Shown here: piece after piece, positions 51,387 through 64,000 of the stretch | Layout: each line of letters opens with the position of its first letter | How positions within the stretch are numbered: position 1 is the stretch's first letter | From: Oikopleura dioica | Taxonomy: Eukaryota; Animalia; Chordata | Direction of reading: 5' to 3' | Length of the DNA stretch: 64,000 nt | Assembly (NCBI GenBank): GCA_907165135.1 | Contig: OU015566.1 | Span: forward strand, 13,392,001 to 13,456,000 | The notes under the pieces: model-generated | Told to the model about the DNA's origin: nothing | The model's input: the letters and a program-made list of their open reading frames with translations, nothing else | Databases searched by the model: none | Made by a program: the position numbers and the translations under genes

Positions 51387-52074
51387 CAGGGATCTGGATT
51401 TTGCCCGAAAGTGAAAAGCGAAAGCGAAGCGAAGGCGAAAATTTTTTAAAAAATTTTAGCGAAAGCGAAGCGAAGCGAAAATTTTCTTTCAAAAGCGAAA
51501 AAAAGCGAATTTTTTTTATCATTTTTTGGATGAATAAAATTCTTTTTTTCTTTATACTCAGGGCTAAAAAAGATAAACAAGGTAGATTTTACTCATTCGG
51601 AGGTTTAAGAATCCCACATTTTAGGTGACAGAAGATTTTTGGACTGCTTTCTTCAGCCTTCAACTAAAACATAAATCGGAAAATGACCAAGAATTCGTCT
51701 AGGGACTTGACACGATTCAATACTAGTGATCAAAATGTAGCAGATGAGCTCAATTCTCACAGATGTCTTGTACACTTGTGCTACTTCCGACTCAAATTGA
51801 AACTTCTGCTCATGTTTATGATTTTTCTTAATCCTAGTGGCTGAATATGACCAAAAATGATGGTTTTAGGGGTTTCGAGAAGAAAGCTTTGGATTTATTT
51901 GAAAAGATTTTAACATTTTAATTATCAAATTATAGCTAATCGAAATTTTTTGAAAAGTGAAAGCGAAGCGAAGCGAATTGAAATTTTCAAAAGCGAAAGC
52001 GAAGCGAAGCGAATTCGCTTCGCCTCGCTTCGCTTCGCTATATGGCGATTTCGCAAAGCGAATCCAGACCCCTG
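51387..52074. mobile_element. Non-autonomous DNA transposon with (GCGAA)n subterminal repeats
   Basis: TIR CAGGGATCTGGATT / AATCCAGACCCCTG; CTCACTC direct repeat on both flanks (7 bp). Confidence 0.75.
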
Positions 52075-54639
52075 CTCACTCAACAAGGTGATTAGAGGTG
52101 AATGCCATTGATCAGAGTTATTATATGACGATACTCCAAGTTTTTAGTGAATACTTTGGGCCCTCTGAGTCAGTATTTTTAATTCAACATTTTTGAATTT
52201 TGTCTAATGTTGTGATCAAAAAGTTTTATAAATACTTACCTAATGGATCAAATTATTGATACTGATTTTAGAATTTCGATACCCAAGATTTTAAATAATC
52301 TATAAAAAGTAACTGTCAAGAAAAATTGTGGTTTCCACATAGAAAAACTAGAAAATAAAATCATTGATTTATTTAAAAATGTCCAGATTTATTTTAGATT
52401 TCAGCAATTTATAATTATTAAAGTTTTATTATAATAATCAGAAACCAACTTTTTTAAGGAAAAAAAGCTTATTTTTATAAGCAAAGACATATGAAGATTT
52501 CCTGATGAGCGTTATAAACTGTATCCAAAACAACTAAAACAGCGAAATCGTCAACTCCGCTGGTTTCTAGTCTTCTCCATTTGCTGCAGGTGTCCCTGGA
52601 GACGGGAACCGTCAACAACCGAGGAATGTTTCAGGTCTCGCGAAAACAGGTTCTGCTTGTTCGAGCGCGCAAAATAAATCTACCCACTTGTTGGTAAATT
52701 AATGCGGGTCACGAAATGAAGATGACCCGATATTTATTGGCGGCGGCGGGCTTCGAACATGATTTTCTGTGATTTTATCGACAATGGCTTTATTTGGGGA
52801 CGAGTTTAGAGGTGATAAGTTTTGGGCGATTCCCAGCGATACCCTTAATCTATTTGCTCAAATTAAAGAGCGTTTAGTATCATCCTTTATTTGGAACTTA
52901 AAAAACTCCCCTTTTCTTTAGCGTGGTGATACCCTTATTTATTCAGCAATGAATATGGATAAATTAGAAGGATAGAGTAGGGAAGCCCTTATTTTATTCG
53001 TGGCTCGGTTGAGAAGAAAGTCTGAAATCAGCCCTTTTTTCTACGAGTACAGGAAGAATCAACTGAAAGCATTTAGTGAGGGCAGGTGAGAGGAAGCGAA
53101 TAAGGAAGTGGTTTTAGCAAATTGTATGTAATTCAGTCTGGCGCGAATATTTTCATCCGGAAGATTTGAAACGCCTTTTGGGATACAATCAAAACACTTC
53201 GCCAATTGCGAATTGGCCACACGCGGATATCCAAAAAAACGAGACGTTTCTGTAACTCGATCGGGACTTGATTAGAGACGCTACTAGTTACAGTCTGAGC
53301 ACGTGAGAAAAGCTCAGAGCGAGATCTGATCATGCTTAAAATTAAAGAGCGTTTCAAGTTATTGAACTCTTGCCCCTAAAATTTAGCCAGCTGATGCTCC
53401 TGCTCCGCGTCAATTCGATTATTAATTGAAACTAGTGGAGCCTAAAGCGCTCTTTAAAGTTCTTAAACGAGCTCCGATGGTTGGGCTTGTGCACGGTCGG
53501 TTCCGGCCGCTGATTGATAATTTGTCGCCCGACGCACTTAGGCGTCAAATTCTGCACCTGTGATTTCAGGAAAATATTGTATTCAGATTTTGCAGACAGA
53601 AAATTTGTGGCCAAAATACATATTTGAAAGAAGGGTACAAAACAATCAAAATGATGCAAATTTGACTCGTACGGTCGTGAAAAGACGCTCTGTTTTTGAT
53701 GAAAAGTATGGTATCATTAGCTGCCTCCAAGACATTTTTACGGAACAACTAAGGATGTCCATCACAATAAGTTCATTTTCGACTGTCGAGTTCATATTTA
53801 ACCCCGACAATTGAAGGGAAAGAGGATCGTTTGCCCATCGATCTCGAAGATTCCATTGCTTATAAACTAATTTAAGGGTGTCTCCTGCTTATTCACCCTT
53901 GTTCGTTATCAGCAATCTGTGGGTTTGAATCTTACGAGCCTCCGTAGAAGCTTACCAAATAATCTATATTCTCTGAAATTAAAACAAACCGGAGAGTAGT
54001 GTTTTCTCTCCGGAAAGTCTTGAATAAAAAACTTGAATAACTTACCTTTACAAAAGTTCAGAAAAAATCAAAATCAGGCCTGAAATTAAGTTTTATGGTC
54101 CCGTAATATTTCTGCTAGAAATGAAGGATAAAATGCAAGACATCATTTTGAATACATTTTTGCGTTCTGTAATTTTCAAGTGACAAAATATTCAAAATTA
54201 ATCAAGCTAAAAGTGAAATGATCTCAGGTGAGTTTAGTGGCCCCTCTCAGCTTACTTCGCATAATGAAGAAATAATAGATTTGAATTGATAAGGAGTTCT
54301 TGGTCTGTATTATTCAGGGGAACAATTAAAGTGGTGATGGGTGTCGAGTATAATTGGTAATTTATATGTGCGATGATTGTGGTAAGAGCAATCGATTAAT
54401 ATTAGAAATTGAAAAATGAAATATTCATTTGTGGATGTATTTTGAGGCGACTTAGCCGGCCGCTTAGATCCGCCACCGTACGTTGCTTTGAACTCGCCGC
54501 CCGCCAAGGAAAATATTAAGAACGCACAATTAATAACTGCTTACCTCAATCTGCAAGGTGCTAGAATTGATTAAGACTTGATTCCAAATTGACGGAGACT
54601 TGAAGATTCCTGTGCCAAGAAATGGCGATTTCAGTTGGA

Positions 54640-54925
54640 AAAAATGGCTAAAAATGACGATTTTAGTCGAAAAATTGGACTAAAATGCCAGTTTTGATTG
54701 AAAAATGTTCAAAAAAGGACAATTTTAGTAACAAAATTGACCAAGTGAGGGGCCAAATATTTGGTCATCTTACCAAAATGGGTTAAAAAGGTTAATTTTA
54801 GTCCGAAAATTGGACTAAAATGCCAGTTTTGAGTCAAAAATGCTCAAAAAGGAGAAATGTTATTTAAAAAAAATGACCAAATCGGTTGCCAAATATTTGG
54901 TCTTCGAGCGAAAATGGGTGAAAAG
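54640..54925. repeat. Degenerate tandem duplication, period about 135 bp
   Basis: AAAATTGGACTAAAATGCCAGTTTTGA and CCAAATATTTGGTC each occur twice, about 135 bp apart. Confidence 0.65.
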
Positions 54926-57900
54926 CAGCTACACGTGATTAACATTAGAACATATGAAGAACGATGGCGAGTCGCGTAATCATGACAAGAATCCTGCAAT
55001 CTTTCCGGAAGCGACCAAGAGAGCTTTTCCAAACATAATTGTGGCTTTTTGGACATAATTGTTCGCCTCGCGCTCGCCAAAATGGTACTGCTGTTAATTG
55101 AGATCCATTCCGAATTCCAAAGTCGGATTCTTGCGGCGGCAAGCGACAGAAACGCGCGACGCCCGCTCAACGAGAAATTACCTCATTCATCAACCCTCTT
55201 ACATGCGCCTAAAACAAACAAAAGACGGCTCAAAAAAGAAAACCTTAATTTATTCACAATTTACGTTCGTTAGCCATTACCGTTCTTTGTAATCATAAAA
55301 GCTCCAAAAATTTAATTAAAGTAGCCGCTTGCGGCTTTTTTTTTTGCTCAAACCAAGAAAAAGACGTGTATTTTTGGAAGACCAATAAGATCGCTGTATT
55401 TGGCCTAACGGCCAATGAAAACCCAGATCCAAAGAATCACTTCCTTTTCTTAGTTCTGCCCGATTTTTAAGACATGGAAGTCTCAATTTGAAGACTAAAG
55501 CCCTCGAAAAAGGGTTGAAACTTGTTTTCCTCCTCTGAATGTCTATTTTGCTTACAGTATTAATTTTGGATTGGGTTCAATTTTCGCCTCCAAATCGCCA
55601 ATTTACGCCGCTCTTTTTGCTTGAATAGTGAATTATCTCGGTGGCGGTGCAATATTTTCTTTCTTGGGTCATTTTATCAAGCGCCGAGCTGCTCTTTTGC
55701 CGAAATTTTAAATTTCCAAAACTACCAAAGCAAGAACAGAAGGGGCGAGGAGAACGAAGTTTCTTCTTTCGTCAAGCGGCACCATTTTCTTCGCGCAAAT
55801 TATCGCACGGGGGAGGCTACGAGTGGCACTTTACGCTTATCGCAGCCGTTTATCAACAAAAATTGTTACAAAAGAAAACACTATTAAAACATCGAAATTT
55901 CAAATGAACCGACCTTTCCAAAACACCGAAATAGCAGGATATAATTTTGACTAATCGATGTTCTCTTCTGAGTAGACTATTCAGCAACTTTTAGAATAGC
56001 AAACATTTTTAAAGTATATCACAGTAAATTCGGCAATTATCCTGGATCCGTCATTGTTAATGGCACAATCAGTTATGCCTCAATCCTACTAATCCTACCA
56101 TTAATATTAGTAAAACTATCATCTGCGGTTTTTCCAATTGATTTTATTATTCTTCGAGACGCCCTTATTGTTTAGAAAATGACTAGTAGCTTAGAACTTC
56201 TTCCTATAAAATCCTCTTTTACATCAGGAAAAGTTCAGCTGAAAAAATAGGTGGCGCAATTTACCCCTGCGCTGTTGACCAATCAGCGCGTCGTTTTAGC
56301 TTCATTAGCGTTCATTAGCGCCCGCTGGAATAAATCTTCGCTCCGCCGCCCCGGGCCCTCGGTTTTCAAAAAGGGATGATTTGATAAAGAAGAAAAATAC
56401 GACTTATGATGTTCAAACTTTGAACCTCAAAGGTTGTTTTGTTAGCTAGAGTTTGATTCAATTTTTAAATTGAATTATTGCAAAAGACGTTTTTTTGCCA
56501 AGAAAAAAAAATTTAAATTAGAAGCTGAGTTTACTGAAAAAAGGATGAAGGGTAAATAGTAGATAGATTGTATGAGAACTGCTCATTTTGAAAAATAGCA
56601 TGCATTCAATGCATTTTGAAGATGATATCTTCGAAATTGCCCTTTTCCGAGTTGAGTACGGCTTAGGTTATCTGTGCATTTTCAGCAATCCGAAAATTTT
56701 TACTCTTTTAAATGCCAAAAGTGCCGGGTACTTTCCGATACAAAAGTGGGCTTAGAAGGTACTTTCTCGATTCAATCCATTCAGGTTCGACAGGATTAAT
56801 TAATCATTCAGACTTTTTCTGTCTTCGACACAAAAACAAACAGTACAGTAGATCCTGATGATCTTGCTCTAGGTCAAGACCGTTTTCCTTTCTCGTAAAA
56901 TATGCAGCATAATAAATGATCAGCGCCCCAAAAACATGCCAAATAGACTTTGGAATCGACATTTAACCTCTTGAACATATTTTAGCCCGTCTGTCTATCC
57001 AATTTTCCGCACAAATGGACTAAAAAGCGGCTCTCCCTTGCGGCCCCTTGACTTGATCAATGATGTTCTGCCTTCTAAAACTCCGGTTTTTGACTGACCG
57101 ATTTATGGGCCATTTCTTGAAGTTGCAACTTCCAAGTCACGTGGTGGTTAGGGACCAAAGGCATTGAATAGTGTAATGGCGCTAAGGGGGAAACCATTTG
57201 AAGGGGAAAATCGCCACTTGCCCAAAGTGCATTTGCAAGAGGAAAAGGTGATATTTTAATCAGCATTAGTGCGATAAAAGAGCGCCAATTAACCGGTTGA
57301 AACTGAAACAGATAATCGCTAGCGATGTCCTGCTAGTGTCCGGTCATCACTCCAACCCATCCTCTCATTCATTTTCGTCTTTAGAAATAAACTTCCTTCA
57401 AATGATAGTTTCTGTCAAAGAACATTTTATTTGAAATTAGATGAAAAATTGCGGTTTTTGCTCGGTAAGCGATTTGACTGAAAAGGCTTGGAAAGCACCT
57501 GCTGAGCGATAATGTTATTTTATCGCTAAAATGAAGCCCCCTCTGCTCCAGCCCACCTGCTAGGTATAATCTGGAAATGGAAACATAGTTGATGGCGTGA
57601 AATTGTTCCCTTTCAGCGTAATTACGATTCAGATAAGCCAATTTTTATTTCGTGGTAGAAATTGTTTGTTAGTTTCAATTAAATAATGTCTTCATTCAAT
57701 TATTTGAGTTTTTATTGATAAGAGTCTTGTCAAAAGATGACCTATGCCTACAATTTTAGCAAAAGTTATACTGATCATTTCATATGTGATAATTTATTTT
57801 AAAAATATACTTGTCAGATAAAGCAATAAGTTATGGTTCTTTCAAAGGGTGCTAGAAATCTATCAGAAGAACAAGTCCTTCGAATTTCTCCCTGGTCCAT

Positions 57901-58962
57901 AGGAACCCATGCGTCCGGGCTATGAAGTGGTTTCCGGTTTTTCCGGGGAGGGGTCTAATCTGTGATCGAGTGGCTCGTCCAAAATGTATAATTACAATCC
58001 CTTTGACGGGGTAATGAGATGCAATGCGATCCTCAAATTGCTCCCGAGCCAGATTCGCATTGTTTTACGTCGGATTAGCGCCTAAAGCAGAAAATGGAAG
58101 CAAAGATCTTCAAATTAAACATTCAATTTCCGTCTCCAAATTAAAGATCTCCCTTTCAAAAGCTCAAAATTGGTTGATTTCGGTCAATCCAGCCCTCTTT
58201 TTCGCCGAAAAATCGTCTCTTTTGGGCTTCAGAAAAGATTTCTCCTGAAAAAAGGGTGGTCTTATTTTGCGCAAACGCTGTAGAAAATAAAATTTGATGA
58301 GAAACTTGGCTATTTTAGTACAGAAAATCTACGGTTGTTAAAAAGTTAAGTGATAATTTCCCCGAGTTTTCAAAGCGGCAGAGGCGTTTTTTCGCGGTGT
58401 GAGAAAACAAACACTAGAAAAAAAAATGAATTGGCGGGCTAATTGACAACCCAATGGTTATCACCTTGTGGTCGGTTAAATCCGTATAAGTATAAACCAA
58501 AATTCCAACAAGCGGCTAACATGGGTAAGTCCTGGGAAATTTAACGCTGTGTCTATTTGGATTGCCATACCCTGGGATAGAAGGGCTACTAGCCCTCAGA
58601 GGACTTACAGTAAGACGGTGCCTAAATGATGAATTCATAAAAGAAGGTCGAATTTGCCCTAAATAAGGCTTATTTTTCTTCATAATTCGGCTCAGAGAGA
58701 GTAGAACATAATGATTTGATCAAGCAATTAGGCCTCTAGCAAGCTTTTTTCCTTTTTGAAATATTAATTTAATGACAGACGCGACCATCTCAGAACCAAA
58801 TGAAAGCCATTATATAAACCTCAAGTTTTGACATTCGAACCCAGTAAGATGAAAATGCAGATCTTCAAATCCTCCCTTTTCTTTTCTTTTGTCATGGCAA
58901 ATGCCGGTGCTTTACTGAATAAAATTTGTGCGAATCCAGGTATTACTAAGAACGATTTATTG

Positions 58963-59369
58963 CGACGGTACTGAATATGTAACGAATGTAACGAATGTAA
59001 CGAAAACTCAAAAACATGTCTTTTTCTCGTTACATTGTCAGTAAAATTCTAGAGATTTTTTGTTTATCTTATTTCATCCCCTTGAGTTTCCTACAAATTT
59101 ACCCGCGGAGCGGGCGTTTTTAATCATTCAGAGCAGGTTTGGAAAACGAATCTACCATATTTATGCTATTCTGCATTCTTTTTGTCTTTTTTTGCTCTTT
59201 TCGATATGTTCAATTGTTGAATAAAGTAAAACTCCCCAAGATCGCTCTTTAGAAAAAGTTTCTAGAATCAGCTAACAAAAAAACAACATGTCTCCGTTTT
59301 CGTTACATTGTCAGCAAACTCGTTACATTCGTTACATTCGTTACATTCGTTACATATTCAGTATCGACC
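58963..59369. mobile_element. MITE with 9-bp (AATGTAACG)n arrays in its TIRs and an 8-bp TSD
   Basis: TACTGAATATGTAACGAATGTAACG.. is inverted at both ends; ATTTATTG at 58955-58962 and 59370-59377. Confidence 0.75.
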
Positions 59370-59387
59370 ATTTATTGGAAGTTTTTT

Positions 59388-59537
59388 TCAAAGTCTGAGG
59401 GACTCGATCCCGATGCATTTTCGGACAGAAACTACAGAGACAATATTCCATTCTTCAATCTCTTCGCAGCGGATTTCTTCGGCGTTGTAGAACTGGAAGT
59501 TTTTTCGCGAGTAGACTGGTTTTCGGGGAGTAGTCAT
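59388..59537 (-). CDS. Candidate 49-aa small ORF gene
   Basis: TATAAATA at 59700-59693, AAAAATG start, MTTPRKPVYSRKNFQFYNAEEIRCEEIEEWNIVSVVSVRKCIGIESLRL*, AATAAA 11 nt after the stop. Confidence 0.4.
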   Translation of the reverse strand: MTTPRKPVYSRKNFQFYNAEEIRCEEIEEWNIVSVVSVRKCIGIESLRL

Positions 59538-61267
59538 TTTTAGTCGTTTTTTCGTCTCTTTTTCGATTTTTCAGAGTCTCTTTCTTTTAAAAAGAGCCTT
59601 TTTATAGGTTTTCGAATTTGTCTTTCAGCTTATTGGAGGTGTTTTGGGTCGGTGAGATTTTTTGAGTTATGAGAAGGTCTAAGCTACTGGGGTATTTATA
59701 TTTGGAAGGTGCCCTGCTGGGGTGCGCCTAGACGAGATGAGCATCTTATCGGAGAAGGATCAAGATTTCGTGCGCGAAAAAAATTGGTTCCTGAATCTTA
59801 GTTCCACGAACTTAAGAAGCACCACCTGGTTTCCTAGTTCCGGGCGATTACGGCACATTGACCGCGATCAATTTTTACTAATTTGTTAAGAGCAAATTTT
59901 AGGTTATCGGGCGCAATTTCCGGAGGACTGTGCTGCTCTTGCGAAACGAGCTATTGGAGAAGCATCACTCTTTCATATGCCTGTGGATCACAAACGAGCT
60001 GAAACTGGGAACTGGGCCGACTTTATCGTTTACTAATGCTTCGATTCAACAGACTTTTATAGAATACAGTATCTTCCCTTGATGATTTGCGTTTGAAAAT
60101 CATTGCGTCTGAAAATAATTGTAGAGAATGTCATTGAGAGAGGAACTACAGTATTGGGTGTGGTTCCTGCTTTTATCGCGCCGTATTTCAAGGACAGCCA
60201 AGTCATATTTGCGGATACCTTTACGAAAGGAAATGTGAATTGAAATGTAAATATGACCGCTTCGTAAATGATCTATCTCTATTGGATAAAGATGTGTGCT
60301 TGAGAATTCCAAATAGACATCTTGCCTTTAAATAGAGCGTGCCGCTTGGTTTCTTTCAGTTAGTTCTCTCGCCCTGGGAGACTCACATCTGACAAGTGTT
60401 CCCTATGTCATGTCATTCGTGGCGACTAATTATATTATTTACAGAAATTGCACTTAAGAATCAATCAAGGATCCAGAGAGATAGAGATGAGATTTTCTTT
60501 TGAGTTGCTGAGGTGAGTATCATTCCAAGCCGGTTGTCGTTCCTGGTCCGTGCCAAAAAGAATTGCATCTGTAACTATTTTCGAGTTATATAAGATCTAC
60601 GATCGGAGGCTAACCTTCACTTAGCCAACATTGTCATAATGATCATGAAGATTGTAGACATTGTCATAGTTTTCCGCTCCACCATGTATCTGATATCTCA
60701 TCTCTTGCACTAACTGGATGATATGATTTTCCGTATCCTGCGACTAAAATTATTCTCTAGGCTTAGCCCAAATTTTTCAATTTTATCGGCATTACCAGTC
60801 CGATAAATCCGCTGTTTACTCGTGGAAACTCCTCCATTTCAATAAATATCCGAAATAGAGTTGATCAGAAGCAATTAATATAAATCTAAAAATGGTCAAA
60901 ATTCTGCCGCTTTCTCAAATGAATTCCCTCGAATGGAATGTGTTACGCACAGAAATAAAAAAAGGGAAATCCGACTGGCTCTGATTGGTTAAAAATGCGT
61001 AAAAGGGACAGAAACACGCCTCTGGCAGCGTTTTATTGCAATTGGAATATAGCCAATGTCAATTCTGCATTGCTCATTTAGCTAAAATTCCCGATTCCAT
61101 GAAGAAATTCGTTATTACGGACGGAGCGCTGTGTCGCGAACAAAGAATCGCAGTTCGGCATTTTCCCCTGTGATATGTTTGGTGGACGAATACTGTCAGA
61201 AAATATTTAACCGTGAATCGATAAAAATAGCTCGTAGTCTGCTTGTCCTCTGTTCTCCTCCTTGATT

Positions 61268-61888
61268 TCAAAATCGAAAATACTCTGTGAAGAATTTATT
61301 GACAATATTTTTTCGAAAGGATTCATTCATCTTTCCCTCGCTCTTTTGATAAACAACTGGGTTCATATTTGGAGTCGGTAGCTTGCCATCTTTGTTGCCC
61401 GGCAAATGCGCCATGTGCGTCGATTTTTGGTACACATCGGCGAGAAACAAGGTTTTGCTGATCAAAGATTGACAGAATCGAGAACTGAAAGCTCTTACCT
61501 GCGCTCATCCCTCTCTTCCAAGAGCAGAGTAGTTGCGGAGACCATGATGACAAAACAAGTTCCAATACAGACCTCGCAGATTCGAAAAGGGTTCGTTTTC
61601 ATGTAAATTCCAAAAGAAGCAAAGCAAGATAAGATGAAGCTCAGCAGCACTATCAGACCTTTCTAGAGCTTTTTACCGTGAAAAACAATCAAAAAACTGA
61701 AAATGAAAAACTGAGCCTTTGAAAGAAATCCACTTGACACTGGCCTTCAATTTCGTCTCGTAATGAAACTTCTTTTTTTTGTTATAAAAACACTCATTGT
61801 TGCTCTGAAATCTCGGCGTTTTCCGATTCTTCAGCCGAACAGCTTTTCTTCTCGCTCTGAGCTTCGATGAAACAACACCAGCTATCAT
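61268..61888 (-). CDS. Small two-TM membrane protein of unknown function
   Basis: Basic N-terminus; hydrophobic GLIVLLSFILSCFASFGIYM and VCIGTCFVIMVSATTLLL; GC-AG and GT-AG introns keep the frame. Confidence 0.5.
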
Positions 61889-62563
61889 TTTTTATTTCAA
61901 AAGAAAAAGTTCTGCTTTGAAAATAAATTCCTGGATAAATGGTAGAATGGACGCTCCTGAAATCATTTCTCGCCTTTTGACTGGGAAAATATAAATTCGA
62001 CGTGACAGGAGATGTTTTTTCAATTATCTTCGCTTGTGAATATTTTATGGAATGATATGCTCCAACGCCGTGCTTTATTGACTGTATTTCCTCGCACTTT
62101 AGGAGATGCTAAGGAATTCGAGGATAACTTTAGAAGTTACAGGCGATTCGGTGAGTTTACCGGTTACACTGATTTGAGAAATTGATCAATTTTGGACAAA
62201 ACATTCGCTTCATAGGATAAGGACTAAAAGGAAGAGTTTCTAATGATAATCAAGGCATTTTTCATGACGCGTGATTCATTTTCTTCGTTTTAGATGAGTC
62301 AGATAATCAGAGAGGTCTCGAGATTCCACTCATTTTCGTCGCTGTTGAAAAAGTGTTCATCCTGATTGGACAAGAGCGCTGTTTTTCGGTTTGTGTTGAT
62401 TTCATTTTGGCGGCCAGATTTTGGCCAGCAATCACTGAAGTGATCAGAGAATTTCCAAAACTGCAGAGGCTCTAGAGAAAGTCAGGCCATTGCTTACGAG
62501 CTTTTTGATGTCACTTACTCTTCGATGTTTTCATTTCTTTACTTTGATTGTTGACTTTCAGAA

Positions 62564-63541
62564 ATGGGTTTTGGACTGCTCTCTCGCAAGAGGAGAAAAA
62601 GCGAAGAGGAAATTCGTCAGGATGAGAAAGCCACTCGTACCCAATTCAATAGTTTTTCCGATTTCCGAAAAGATGGGATTTTGACTGACGTAGTGATTAT
62701 TGTTCCTGGACATCCAGAAATAAAAGCTCACAAGATGGTTCTTGCCGCTGCTAGTCCATTTTTTCAAGCAATGTTCAAGGTAAAAAGATCTTTTTTTGCT
62801 TAATGAAAATGAGTTTTGGCAGTCTGGCTTGCGCGAATCTTCCTCAGATCGAGTTGAAATGCCGGAAATCGACTACGAAGCAGCCCAAATTCTCGTCGAC
62901 TTTGCATACTGCGGTAATTATAAAATCACCGAGGGGAACGTCAGAAACTTGTTGGCTGCCGCCGATTGCTATCAATTCGAAGAGATTAAAAAGAAATGCG
63001 AATCGTTTCTGATCGATATGATCGACGCGGATAACTGCTTCGAACTCGAGAAAATTGGAGACGCAAGGGGTCTATCTCGTCTATCTTCTCAGGCTGGACG
63101 TTTTTCTATGCAAAACTTCGAAGAAGTCATCAAGAGTAAATCTTTTACCGAGCTTTCATTCGAAGGTAAACTTATTAGACTCTGAAGCGATTATGTCATT
63201 TCTACTTTTTAGAGCTAGAAAACTATCTGTGTTACGAGAACGACGGACCCTTGTGTTATTCAGAAGTAACCTTCTACAACGGGATCGTGACATGGATTAA
63301 ATCCGATCTGGAGAAACGCTCTCAATATGCAACGAAACTGTTCGTGAACTGCGTTCGACTCGGCCGAATTCACAAAAACTTCATTTGGGATGTGGTCGAA
63401 AAGGAACCGCTTTTCTCCGATGCCGAATGTAAGGAGCACATTCTTCTTGCATGGAAGTTCAAGGCGTTCTATTACGATGAGGATTCTGATCGCGAGAAGG
63501 AATTCGGCACGATAGGGAAAATTCGCAATGAATTTTGTTAG
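62564..63541 (+). CDS. BTB-BACK protein (Kelch-like, no Kelch repeats), 3 exons
   Basis: LTDVVI..IKAHKMVLAAASPFFQAMF, SGLRES, LVDFAY, NVRNLLAAADCYQF, NCF, FTELS, WIKSD..R, CVRL; stop before any Kelch repeat. Confidence 0.88.
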
Positions 63542-63630
63542 AAAAACTTCCTTCTGCCATTATTTTTGCTTATCTTATCACGTTTATCAGACAGTTCCTG
63601 TTACTTCGACTTTCAGAAAAGGTTTTTGAA

Positions 63631-64000
63631 ATGAGTTCTCGCAAGAGGAAAAACCGCGGACAAGAAAGTGATCAAGATGAGGAAACAATGCGAAGCCAAT
63701 TCAAGAGTTTTTCCCATTTCCGAAAAGATGGGATTTTGACGGACGTGGTGATTGCTGTTCCTGGACATCCAGAGATAAAGGCTCACAAGATGGTTCTTGC
63801 CGCTGCGAGTCCATTTTTCGAAGCAATGTTCAAGGTAAAAAAGTCTTATCTGCTTTATGATGAGATGAGTTTTAGTCTGGCTTGCGCGAATCTTCCTCTG
63901 ATCGAGTTGAAATGCCGGAAATCGACTACGAAGCAGCACAAATCCTCGTCGACTATGCCTACTGCGGAAATTATAAAATCACCAAGGAGAACGTCAAAAA
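63631..64000 (+). CDS. Second tandem BTB(-BACK) paralog, cut by the window edge
   Basis: Near-identical BTB exons and the same intron position as the gene at 62564. Confidence 0.88.
   Translation, partial: MSSRKRKNRGQESDQDEETMRSQFKSFSHFRKDGILTDVVIAVPGHPEIKAHKMVLAAASPFFEAMFKVKKSYLLYDEMSFSLACANLPLIELKCRKSTTKQHKSSSTMPTAEIIKSPRRTSK

Noticed and set aside
51410-52040. (GCGAA)n arrays, and likewise the AATGTAACG and AAGTTAGCG arrays, as CRISPR-like repeats
   Set aside because: No unique spacers or cas genes; they are subterminal repeats inside TIR/TSD-bounded elements in eukaryotic DNA.
53915-53945. B-box-like GGTTTGAATC (and GGGTTCGAATG near 58835) as tRNA/SINE
   Set aside because: No A-box or cloverleaf pairing could be built.
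60000-60760. Minus-strand fragments with KYDLAVLEI, suggestive of a trypsin-like gene
   Set aside because: In-frame stops, no catalytic His/Ser motifs found and no consistent splice model; at most a decayed pseudogene.

Overview
Eukaryotic genomic DNA with very compact genes: many introns of about 40-100 nt, several GA-AG/GC-AG introns, and same-strand genes 75-135 bp apart with an AG acceptor just before each ATG. Together these point to a larvacean tunicate, most likely Oikopleura dioica (inference). Left to right: (1) a short LTR retroelement (minus strand) encoding Gag-protease but no RT/RNase H/integrase core; (2) a minus-strand operon-like run DHX35 > MEPCE > NABP > an olfactomedin gene whose stalk looks like a LINE ORF1p coiled coil + RRM (top finding); (3) small secreted/GPI genes and a PDZ (LMO7-like) gene; (4) a minus-strand run TBP, F-box/WD40, TPI, TBC1D30; (5) RNF13/167-like, a Cys-rich secreted protein, INPP5E, a RING gene, GAMT and a Gla-domain gene; (6) the homeobox gene Emx with a gene-poor upstream region of about 11 kb carrying MITEs with distinct TSD signatures; (7) tandem BTB-BACK genes. 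Gene models were spliced by eye, so some exon boundaries and starts are approximate, and family calls rest on recalled motifs rather than searches.
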